A stretch of 63,134 nt of DNA, filler included, from Craspedostauros australis (Eukaryota): the NCBI GenBank assembly GCA_030167865.1. It is 5 parts of 5 records of this genome, joined end to end, with 100 filler letters (N's around TTAATTAATTAA, not from the genome) between each part and the next. Parts side by side here need not be neighbours in the genome. Positions count along the whole stretch, not along the records: positions 27,858 to 53,732 come from JALAGF010000147.1; 4 more parts are not named here. The stretch is one strand, 5' to 3'. The notes below the pieces were generated by a model. It searched no databases. It was not told the origin of the DNA and saw only the letters and a list, made by a program, of their open reading frames with translations. Position 1 is the first letter of the stretch, and each line of letters begins with the position of its first letter. Shown here in pieces: positions 36,039 to 46,724 of the stretch. The translations under genes and the position numbers were made by a program.

Positions 36039-38180
36039 ATGACGACAGCCTCCGCTGAAAACGAAGACTGCGAGAATGGATGTGCGACTGCCACACCGAC
36101 GATCGGCTTCGATGTCATCCTGCGCGTGGATGGCAGTGATCGCATGGCCAAGCATGGCGACTGCGAGGTGATCGCCGACGGCTCCACATCATGCGATCGC
36201 AGCGAGACGTTCACGCTCATCCGTCTGTCATCATTGTCGCGACAGCGCGGCGCGAGGAAATCAGACGGTGCCAATCCATCGAATGCTTGCGCGCAGGATG
36301 AGGAATCCGCGTTGGCGCAACTGTGGTTGGGACAAGGATCCGGCATCCTGAATCAGCAATGGCCTCGCGGGGGTCCGATTGCTGTGTACCGAGACAAGCT
36401 GCTGTCACCGCCGTTGCCATCCACCGCGACCGCGTCGGAACAAGGAGGAGGCACACATGGCCCGTCGTCGTCGCACTCGGACACTGGAAGCAATTCGATG
36501 CATGCCGAACCACTTCACTGCTGCGATGCGCAGTATGCCCTGCCATGCAGCTACTTGATGATTCGAAATGGAGAAGAATGTATTGGGTAGGTCATGATTT
36601 CGCGTGATGCTTGCACATCGTGTTTCTGCTGGCTATTTGAGGGTTTCAGAGCCAAGGAAGGTATTGCATATACCCATGTAGCTGCCACAGCGACAGCCAT
36701 GCTGTTGTACTCGTATCTCATCGCATGCAACATGCTCCACGTGTTTCGCACTCAACTTTTTCACGTGGCGCCCCGCAGGCATGGCAGACTCACGGATTGC
36801 TTCGAAGGCGCAGGCGGCAACGCTGCCGCCGTCACGTACCTCATGATCCATCCCGAAAACCGAAAGTCCGGGTACGGCAGGATGCTCATGCGCATGCTGG
36901 AAGCGGAAGCCGTGCGATTGGGGTATCACTACATCTACCTGTGGACGCAGACGGCGATCGGCTTTTACGAAAGGCTTGGGTATCAGCACACGCACCGCGT
37001 GTCGCTCTACCGCGCATGCTTAAAATCGTTGGATGTCACACAAATTTCCTCGTTGGAAGGCATGCTGCTGCGGATGCAATCAAAGAACGGCAAGAGTGCG
37101 TCGGCCGCGGCAAGCGCGAAGGCGGAGACCATCACGTTGCTGCCAGATGATGCGCCCGATCAGTCCGCATCGCAAGAAGCCGCTCCCGTGGAAGATGTGT
37201 GGCTCAAGAAGCGATTGGTGGAAAGGGTGGGTGCACAGAGCATACCGCTGATACAACGGAAAGATCAATTGACAAAATATCTGCAGAACTATCCGTCAGA
37301 AAAGGAGACAACAGTGGCCGACAAACCACCGGTGATACCTGCGTCGTTCAAGGTCTGGCTCAATTCCGTCCCATGGCAGCAGCAGATCGGACCTTCCTGC
37401 GGATTGGCAGCATTGCGGATGGTCCGGGACTACTTGCACGAGAGATCACCGTCGACGCAGGATGACAGCAAGGCAGGAGCAACAACAACAACAACACCCA
37501 CGGCTATGCCATCGTTGCTGGATGCTGCTCAATCGCGTGGCTTTTCGTCGGATGGCGAAATCTTTGACATGAACAATCTGCGCACGCTGGCCGAAGAAAT
37601 CTGCGGCATTGACTGCGAGATGAAAGCCATCACGAAATTGGACGAGACGGATACGCAATCGTCGGCGTTGGCCGTCGCTGCTGATATGCTAAGGACGCTG
37701 CAGCAGGATGGTCTCGTTATCCTTCCTTACGATTCCAACTCGCGCACGCGGGCGCCGTGCAACTTGCATGGATTCGGTGCCCATTACGGCATCGTGGTGG
37801 GAATGATCTTGCGCGAAAGAAACAAAGGAACGGTTGAGATTGAAAGTGACGGTGTGAATGACGAGGCATCCAAATGTGCGCTCGTCATCGAAGACGAGAA
37901 CGACATGGCGCCCTTCAAAGCGCTGACTGCACAAGACCTCCTGCCGGCATCACACACGAAAGCCGACTGCATTCGTGACGACAACGGCGCACCATGCATC
38001 CAAACGAATATCCATTTGCTTGTGCAGCATTCCCTCTCGCAGCAGTTCTCCATCGCTCCGTTGGGCACATTCCTCGACAGCAACGCGCAATTGAACGAAG
38101 TCGATAGTTGCAAGTTCTCCGGTGTCAAGCGATTGGATCTGCGCAACAGGTACATGCATTGCCGCGGAATCATTCAATAG
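36039..38180 (+). CDS. NAA80-like GNAT acetyltransferase fused to ACTMAP-like (C19orf54/UPF0692) papain-fold cysteine protease; 2 exons (36039-36586, 36779-38180)
   Basis: Intron 36587-36778 (GG|gtaggt...cgcag|G) restores CIG-HGRL; GNAT motifs ILNQQWPR, RKSGYGRMLM, FYERLGY, WLKKRL; protease motifs QQQIGPSCGLAAL, AQSRGFSSDGEIF, LVILPYD...PC...AHYGIVVG, VQHSLS, SNAQL. Confidence 0.8.
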
Positions 38181-38686
38181 AGCGTGCCTCTTTGATAAAG
38201 CATAATAGAGTAGAGTGGGTGGGTAGGGAGATGCTCTGGGAGATTGAGGTTCTCTGCTGGGTATGTTGTGTTGACAACGATGATCTACGAACAAAAGTCT
38301 AAATTATGTCGACACTAAGGAAGTACATTTGAGCACACAGGACTAACCTGGATACGTGACTGGCATCTTTTCGTTCTCCCATTTCGGCGAATGCTCACGA
38401 CTCGGTGGCAGGCCTCGATTGTGACGGATTGGTGATGGACGAGTCTCCGACAGCAGTAGCTCCATTCTCCCATGACCCATGTGATGATGGACACACTCAG
38501 ACTCAGACTCAGACACCATACTCGTACGCCATGCTCGTACGCCATACTCGTATGCCATCGAGCTTGCGCAACATCGAGGACATGATGAGGTGATGTGATG
38601 CGACGCTTGAGAACTATCCGACATCATCATCATCATCATCAAACCCAGCCTTGCTACAATCGCTCTGGGGCGAAGGTGTCACCGTC

Positions 38687-41242
38687 ATGCCAATGTCCAT
38701 GCCAGCGGCAGCGGAAGATGTTGGTACTATCACCGCCAGTCGCAACGGAAGGGGCTTCAAACGATTCACGGTTTACGCCATCTTTGGTTTGGCTCTAATA
38801 GTCTTCACAGCAACCACGAACCTTCGGATTGTGACGAATTCGAAAGAGGCATTCAATCGATGGCAGCAACAGGAGCAGCAGCAGCCGCATGGCCAGTCCA
38901 ACCTCCATTCGTCTGAATCCGCTGCGCCAGAGAGTTCATTGGAAGCATTAGAATCATCGGACTTCTCACTTGCGAATGCTGATGTGAATCTGCAAGACAA
39001 TGCGATGGTACCGACCATAGTCACCATTCTGTTGGATCATCGATCGCGTGGTGCATCGAACGCAGCGCAGCAGGCGAGCATTCGCAAGCTGGATGAGTTC
39101 CTCTCCACCTTCAGAAATTTGCACGATGATGATGATGATGATGCAGGAAGCGCAAGCAGCCACAACACCAAAGTGCCATTCGGGGCATTCGACAAGTACA
39201 GATCAGGTCTCGTTCACTACCGATTTGCTCAGCGGGTCAATTTCGTCAAGGTGGACAGACTAGCCATGGTCGCGGGCAGTGCGAACTCCGGCTGCCTCCT
39301 GGCGAGTTCTTACATTACGGATGCACACGAGATGGCTCAGCACCAGTATGACCACGCACCGCACTGTCATTTCTTATCGGTAGTGCCGGTTGCGTCAGGG
39401 GGCGTTGCCTATGAGATCGTTGCACCGCGACCTCGCTCTGATGGCACTGTAAACCAACATCCACAAGGGCAGCATTTGCAGGAGCAGCAAGTAGCGTGTC
39501 TCTTGCGTGGAAACCAGCAACATCCGTGGCAACAGCAATCATTCTGGTTCGCGGACACGGCGAGATCACCGATCGCCAACGCCATCCATCGTTTCAACTG
39601 TGCAGGCTATTGGACAAATCGACCATCATCCCAAAGGCAACAGCGCATCACGATCTATCTGCCATCTACCGACGCGGCTTCCGATATCCGCCAACAAATA
39701 CAAGCCACTCTGGCAGAACCTCAAGCGACAACAACACAGCCCGCCGAACGGGAACTGAGCATCGCGTACGTGCAATCGAATGACGTGGTATTCACCTTGA
39801 CGGAAGATGAAGCAAACAATCTGCCGACGACGCGACTTGATTTCGACTATGTCAAATTTCTGCTGAATACCACTATCTCCGTCATCGTCGTTGGAGATGC
39901 CGCTGCCGAACCTGCGTCGAATGTACAGGACACCAACGGACTGCCGCTGGCGGTGCACATCCAAGAGATCCTGGAGGCCGGATCGCTGCCAATCATCTTC
40001 AACATGTCTCCTCAATCGATGCGTTGCCAGTCATTTCCAACGTTGTTTTGTCTGGGTGGGAACACCGATGTTTGTCAACAGAATGGGCCAAAACCAGCTG
40101 CAATACGGTCCGATGACCCAACGCAACAAGGGATCCACGGGACAGTTGGTGGCAGTGACAGCGATGGCATGCAACGACGATCCATCATTCTCGAAGTTCG
40201 GTCAGTCAATGAGCTGCAAACTCAAGTGCGAGGGCTCTTGCAGGATGCGGAACAGATGGATCGATATCAAAAGAGAGTATCGGATTGGTACGAGAACTTC
40301 ATGATCCGCAGCATCTCGCATTTCGAATCCAATTTGATCAATTCGCCATCAAGACGAACTACCTTCGAAACGAAGGCAAAGGGTAGAATGCTTCAGACCA
40401 AGTCGCGCCTGAACGACTACCAAAGTCAAGCCCATCCGCAGCACAAACAGGCTACTCGTACGTTGCCGTTCTGCCTGGAGGCCTTCTACGGCAGATCGAA
40501 CAATCGCATCATCACCCTTGCGAAGGCCATTCACTTCGCCAATCGATACAACACGACCCTGGCCCTCACGGATGAATGGTCGGAATGGTATTCGCAAGTC
40601 TTTGATCCCCGTGACGATATTTTCCATGGATATCATCCGTACGGTAAATGCGGCAGGGTGCTGCGGGGGATACGCATGTACTTCACCAAACTCCCCAATC
40701 CGTTGCCAGAACTGCGCTCGCTGATACCGAAACGGTCGATCCGCGAGGAAGCGGAAGGCATTCTGCAGCGGATCGCATCTACTTTCGGCACGCGGGAACA
40801 ATCGTCAGCAGCGTCATCATCATCGCAAGAGACTGGCCGCTTCATCTCCGTGCATCGCAGAGACCTGGAAGGGACGTGTTTGCGCCGCGCTGGCTGTCTC
40901 GAGTATCGCTCCAAGGCATGCCAGGAGCGCCGACCAGACGACCATCCCTGTTCCACGACAACCGTCCAAAAGATGTGCAAAGTCGTGCAACCGGACATCC
41001 ACAATCCCGACAGCCTTCCCATCATCCTGTTCACGGACGGCCAGCGACCAGAGTATGACGACACCTTTGCGATCGCCTTCAATAATTCCTGGGCATCGTC
41101 CTTCCTCGTGCAACAGTGGGTCATGACGCAGTCGCAGATTCACTACGGCAATCCATTGTCCACGGTCGACGATGCGATTCATCATTGGAGACATGCGAAG
41201 CCTACGGAACCCGCGCAATGCTATCCGGTTCTGGATGATTGA
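38687..41242 (+). CDS. Type II membrane glycosyltransferase: degenerate GT47/RXYLT1-like middle region plus C-terminal O-fucosyltransferase-like (GT-B) domain
   Basis: TM VYAIFGLALIVF; QEILEAGSLPII...YQKRVSDWY; GRSNNRII, FISVHRRDLEG, ILFTDG, QWVMTQSQIHYGNPLSTV. Confidence 0.65.
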   Translation: MPMSMPAAAEDVGTITASRNGRGFKRFTVYAIFGLALIVFTATTNLRIVTNSKEAFNRWQQQEQQQPHGQSNLHSSESAAPESSLEALESSDFSLANADVNLQDNAMVPTIVTILLDHRSRGASNAAQQASIRKLDEFLSTFRNLHDDDDDDAGSASSHNTKVPFGAFDKYRSGLVHYRFAQRVNFVKVDRLAMVAGSANSGCLLASSYITDAHEMAQHQYDHAPHCHFLSVVPVASGGVAYEIVAPRPRSDGTVNQHPQGQHLQEQQVACLLRGNQQHPWQQQSFWFADTARSPIANAIHRFNCAGYWTNRPSSQRQQRITIYLPSTDAASDIRQQIQATLAEPQATTTQPAERELSIAYVQSNDVVFTLTEDEANNLPTTRLDFDYVKFLLNTTISVIVVGDAAAEPASNVQDTNGLPLAVHIQEILEAGSLPIIFNMSPQSMRCQSFPTLFCLGGNTDVCQQNGPKPAAIRSDDPTQQGIHGTVGGSDSDGMQRRSIILEVRSVNELQTQVRGLLQDAEQMDRYQKRVSDWYENFMIRSISHFESNLINSPSRRTTFETKAKGRMLQTKSRLNDYQSQAHPQHKQATRTLPFCLEAFYGRSNNRIITLAKAIHFANRYNTTLALTDEWSEWYSQVFDPRDDIFHGYHPYGKCGRVLRGIRMYFTKLPNPLPELRSLIPKRSIREEAEGILQRIASTFGTREQSSAASSSSQETGRFISVHRRDLEGTCLRRAGCLEYRSKACQERRPDDHPCSTTTVQKMCKVVQPDIHNPDSLPIILFTDGQRPEYDDTFAIAFNNSWASSFLVQQWVMTQSQIHYGNPLSTVDDAIHHWRHAKPTEPAQCYPVLDD

Positions 41243-41785
41243 AGAAAAAGCGCGTGGCCGAGAGTAGGACTACGTACGCAGTGCTGTACCCGCACTCTAT
41301 TGATTTGGACTTTGGAATAGAACAGAAGTGCACAAAAGGCCGCAGAAAACAAATAAATGGAGATCGACGCCTGACGAGTTCGTGCTCATTGCTGGCACTA
41401 CTCGTGGCGGTGAATAATGCCGCATGCGATGAGGGCGTGATTCCGAGGCAATGGAGTATGCGCGCTCGTATGAAGGACCAAAAGATGCAAAACAAGAAAT
41501 AAGACCAAAAGTGGGTTCCGATGTGGACAAAACATGTGCTGCGAGTCACCGAGTGTTGTGACAAGATGGCCTACGAGTTCCGCATTACAATGGAAATGGC
41601 GACTCAACAACCTACGTTTGACTTGACTCACTCAAACGGGAAGGATTTCTGGACTATTGCACATTGCGGAAAACGAGAAATCGCGCTGGCGTGGTGGATG
41701 GCATCTGAACTGTAACCATGCACAACTTTGGACCAACCCATCCTAAAGTTTGGACTGCTCTGTTACCACTACTTTTCACGAATAT

Positions 41786-44700
41786 TTACAGCTCCTGCTT
41801 GATGGCATCATCAGGTTCATCGGCCGCCTCCGGTTTGCCCTTCTCGGCGCTCTTCTCTTTTCCGGTGTCGCCAGCATCGTCGCCGTCGGCGTTATCAACG
41901 GCGTCGGGATCTTCTATACGGTTGGCGGTCCAGTCGCTTTCAAAGTTCACGACGCGGTTGATGCCCCGTGGCATGTCATCCCGCAATTCGCGAACCCACT
42001 TGGCCTTGGTCAGCTCCTTCAGGAACGAATCCGCCAGTTTCTTCCTCTCCAGCGTCGACCAAACGTTGACGGTGGCGTGCGTCTTTCCATCCCACAGCAG
42101 CATGGCGGTGCCGCTGGCATGCTTGGCCACGACGAACAGGGCACTGCCCATTGGCATGGTTTGCTTCACGGTGGCGCCGGTATACTTCTTTTCGAGTGCA
42201 TCCACGAAGGTCTTCTGCACAGCGGCATGGGTTTGGTCGGCCGATCCCAAATTCAGCTGCAGGATCGTCTGTCGACCGAGCGGCTGCTGCGTCATGAACT
42301 GCGTGTTGGAATCGGTGGCGTCGTACGCGGATGGTGGGAAGTTGTGGGGCTGGTACTCACCACGCTCCTTCGCACGAGCCATGCCGCCTTGGATGTTGCG
42401 CACGTTGACGGACATGGATGGCAGAAGCTCACGCAAGTTACTTTCGGCCTCATAAACTTCATTCAGCGCACGCGCATTTCCCGACACGATCATCTCCATC
42501 TTCATGGCACGGTTCGTGTCCTGCAGTTGAAAATCAACGCGGAAGAGAGGATCCATCTTGAGGAAGCGGAAGTGGTTTGTGAGCAGAGCATCGCGCCACT
42601 TCTCTTGCTTGGTTTCTTGCCCCGGCATCAGGATGGTGTACTGGGGCGCCATGAAATGCGTCAAGGCCTTCTGGTTGGAGAGGAAGCTGCGGAAGATCAT
42701 GCCCGTGTGCTTGTCAGCGTTCACATCCAGAACGATAGCGGCGATGTATTCGCCATCCTCCAGCCGTTCGTCGACGAGTTGGAACAAGTCGTACTCGCAC
42801 CCGTACAGCTCTCTGTACAGTTTCTCTCCCACAGAATTGGTGGGCACGTCGCAAAAGAACAAGACGGACTTGACTTTGGTCTCGGTTTCATGGAACCCCG
42901 CTTGTGCTTCGCACGGCGTCGTTGATGACCCGCACAAGATCAGCACGATGTTCTCGTCTTCTCCGTCTTCATCCTCATCAACGTCTTCGCTGTTCAGGTC
43001 ATCCACCATCACCTGGAGGAACGAGTTGCGGATGGTCGTGGCGTTCAGCTCCTCCTTCGCTTGCGGTAGTTGTGCCACCTCGCAGTTGCGGGTGTGCTTG
43101 GTGAGGTCGATGCCAATCTCTTCGCCTTCGTCGGCACCGTAGATGCCAGACACGATGACGCGGTAGCTTGCGACTGCCAGCTGCGCGTTGGTGGCCTTGG
43201 TGATCTGGGTGGCACGATTCTCAAGATCGAGGAGCTGGTTGAACGATTTCCAGAGCATGACATCGACGGCGGCGTACTTTTGCTCAGGCCAGTGTCGAAT
43301 GTTTGCGTATCCTTCCTTCATGATGATGGTCACGCCGTCGGCATCGTGTTCCACCGTGTTTTGAATGGTGAGGCCGACGCTCTCGAGGGCGGTTGTGATT
43401 GCGAGCGTTGGGATGGAGTCACATTTCTCCATGTCCAGCACCAGCAGGATGCCCTTGCTTCTCGACGTCAGGGATGATTTGGTCTTCTTCGACTCCTCGA
43501 CGGCCTGTTCGTAGGCACGGCACTTGCCTTCCTCCGTGGCATTGTTGATGCCGAAGTCGTGGACGAGGTAGAAATGGTCTGGGAGATCGTCGTACTCTGG
43601 TAGGATGAGCAGATCACCATCGAGCTGGTGGTTCACCAATTCCTTGTGGAACAGGTCGATGCCGTTGCTGCCGATCACCATGGTTTGGTCGCAGATCATG
43701 GGGCAGTCGTAGTACTGGAACTCGAGGGAGTAGTCGAAGGTGCGGGACATCTTTTCGAAGTACAGCTCGTTCTTGAGCATGACACCATCCGGCTTGAGGT
43801 ACATGGAGAGCGCCTCAAGAACATCAAGATGATCCGTCACGGTCAGGCTGGCCACTGTCTCGGACAGGTCCACGACGATGAGATCGAACGAGTTGGCCCA
43901 GTCCTTGGGAAGAAGGAGCAACGATTTGGTGGCATCGCCGAACCACCATTGCACGCGCTCGTCATCGAAATGTGGCTGGCTCTGGAACCATTTGAAGGAG
44001 GTTCGCACCACCTGCTGGTCCAGCTCCAGTCCCACCACCACTTCCAGTTCGGGATACTTGAGCACCTCGTGCAGGATCATCGCATCTCCACCACCGATGA
44101 ACATGACTCGCTTGACGGAGTCGATGTAGCGTGCGGCGTAGTGAACGCTGTACTCGTGGTAGTGCGGACGGTAATTGCTGCAGATCTGGACTGTGTCATC
44201 CAGATCCATGCAGATGTTGCCATCCTTCTTTTCGGTCCCGTCCTCGTTCTTTTCCACCTGATAGCAGATGGCTTGGTACTCGGTGGCGAAGTCCTCCGTG
44301 ATTTTGTAGTCCTCAAATCCCAATTGTGCATCCACGTCGCACGATTTACCTTGCTTCTGGAAGCCGTGTGGCTTGGTCTGTGGGTGGTACAGACCCGTGT
44401 AGATGCATGTGACATCGCCATCGTCATCGTCATCGTCGTCACTCTCGTCATCGTCTGCCCCCACATTGTAGCACTTGATGGTTGTGGACTTAATGTTCTC
44501 GATGGCGAGCTTGAGTCCTTCGACGGTGGCGCTGACGTATTGCATGGTACTATTCCATTCTGCATCCGCGACTACCATGTCGTGGCTCTCCTCCCACGCC
44601 TCCTTGCCATCGTCGAAATCAAAGAGCTGCAATCGGTTGAGGCGGTAGAAATTCTCCAGCGCACCTTGGAATTGCTTTCTGGTAGGTTCATACTCCTCGC

Positions 44701-46012
44701 CGCTATTGACGTCGGGCTCGTCATCCTGCAGATCCTCGTCATCCGGATCGTCGATTTCGATCCATTGAAAGTCGATGATCCCATCTTCGTCCTTGCGCAC
44801 GACGAAGCCGTACTCCTCCTCCATGAAAATGAACCGACGTGGGTACTCCTCGATGAATCCGTGATCACGGAATATCTCTGAATAAATCGTTCACAATGGA
44901 TGGAGTGGTGAATGCATCTCATGGCAACATGGTGGGAAACAAGCGTGGAGAGAGATGGCAGAGTATCACGCAGTACGGTCAGAAGAAGCATGTTCATGGT
45001 GCATGTGACACGGAGAAATGACGTTAACACTCATGAGACAGCATCAAACATAGGACATGCACAGGTACGCATGCGTCCATCACTCACCTGGCATACCGTA
45101 GGTCTCCCGCTTCAGACCGCAGGTGTGGCACAGATTGTAGGACTGAATGAGCTCCTCGCCCTTGGAAATGTCCTGCATGGCGACGACCTTGATGGGATCG
45201 ACGTCCGTGCCGCTATCGGTATTATTTTCGTCCAGAACAAAATCGATCTCGACATTGGTGGCGTATCCGTTCTGATGACGGTACCATTCGGTACCTGGTC
45301 GCAGCTCGTTGATCTGACCATGGGCTACGACCCACGCCACGGCCTGACGAATGTCGGACATGGTAATGTCCGCGTATGGGATTTGCTCGCAATGCTGCAG
45401 GAAGTCCTCGACGAACCACGATGTTGCATCGACGGGTGGCAGGCGGTATTCCTTGGGCATGTATTTGAGCTTGTGTCCGATGACGGAGTCGAAGAGAGCT
45501 CTGCCACCCCGGCTCCAGAGGCTTGGGATGGCATGCTCCTTGGCGTTGGTGAAGACGTACTGCACGTACGGACCGAACACGATGTCCTCAATGTCGAGCT
45601 CGAGGTTGTGATCTTGTCGGACCTGATCGAACCTGTCGTCGTAGATCTTGTCGATGGCATTCTTCTGTCGCAGCAGGTAGTGGATGAGGCCGCAGCGGAT
45701 CAGGGCCTTGTCGTCGGTGTTGTTCTTGTAGGTGGCATAATCCATTTGCGCGTCGCCATCGATGATGGTCTCGACTGGCAGATGCAGCAAGACGTCGCCT
45801 TCCTCGATGTCCTCGAGCGCGTACATGCGGCCATCGTCACGCAGTTCCTGGTTTGGGTTGACGTATCCGCCGTTGGCTTGGATCCATTCCACGAGTTCCT
45901 TGTGGTGCACCTTGGGAATGTTGATTTCCTGCGCCCCGTTCACGCTGGTGCAAAGCACGGAGAGGGTCGCCAGGATCGCAAGGGAAGAAACCTTCATGAT
46001 CAGTCTCTTCAT
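41786..46012 (-). CDS. Signal peptide-SET-like domain-aminopropyltransferase (spermidine synthase fold)-two AdoMetDC-like domains; candidate long-chain polyamine biosynthesis protein; 2 exons (46012-45088, 44877-41786)
   Basis: Intron 45087-44878 (G|gtgagt...ttcag|AG) joins the ORFs in frame; SET-like LVEWIQANGG, YALEDIEEGDVLLHLP, VAMQDISKGEELIQSY; APT RVMFIGGGD...GLELDQQV...GDA...FDLIVVDLSE; AdoMetDC-like HWPEQKYAAVDV; ends KQEL. Confidence 0.85.
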
Positions 46013-46724
46013 GGACGGCGGTACGGTCGCTGCTGGCTTGTTGGGTGGCGACGAACGTGTAGAGGATGTAACACGGACGCTGCAATCCAATACAATCCAA
46101 TCCAATGGCGGCGACGAAGACGATGGTATTGAATGCAATAGGGGCCGCCAGCGGGTTTGATTGTGTTTTGAAAGAATACGAAGAGACAGACGAAGTTGTT
46201 GTTGGTCTCCTGATGGAAGAGCAAAATGATACTGCCTTGGGTGTGTGGTGTGGATGGAGAACGTCCGCAAGCTCACTTTTTGGGTGAGTGTGAAGATTCT
46301 CAACGGCTAGATTGTGGGAGTCACATGTCGCACACGACACGCTACCGTTGAGCCAAAACCGACTCGATGGAACCAACGCTGTGTCGACTGCAGGACACAT
46401 GGACAGACTGGATCTGAAAACACGAACCCAAACCATCAACGAGATCCATCCAAGTTGATCTGCTGATGCGAATTTCTGCCGTTCTCTTGCCTCCACATGG
46501 TGTGTGGTGTTGTGTGTTGTGATGCACTTCGGTGTCTGCCAAAGAGGAGAGCAAGGAGAGCTGTGATGGATCTGCATTGCCCCACAAGGACGAAGCTGTA
46601 GCAATACGACCTATGATACCATACAATACAATACTCCATAGCGTAGCTTGTACCAATACTACTATACGTTCGGACAATACGCAAGAGCGGCGAAGCAACT
46701 GATTGGAGACACAAGACCGTCACG

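Noticed and set aside
36594..36778. N-terminal 60 aa of the 528-aa ORF (hydrophobic, signal-like)
   Set aside because: Falls inside the predicted intron; the true N-terminus comes from the upstream exon
41750..46132. Three ~400-aa plus-strand ORFs (41750, 43628, 44912)
   Set aside because: Antisense shadows of the polyamine fusion gene caused by codon bias; no motifs
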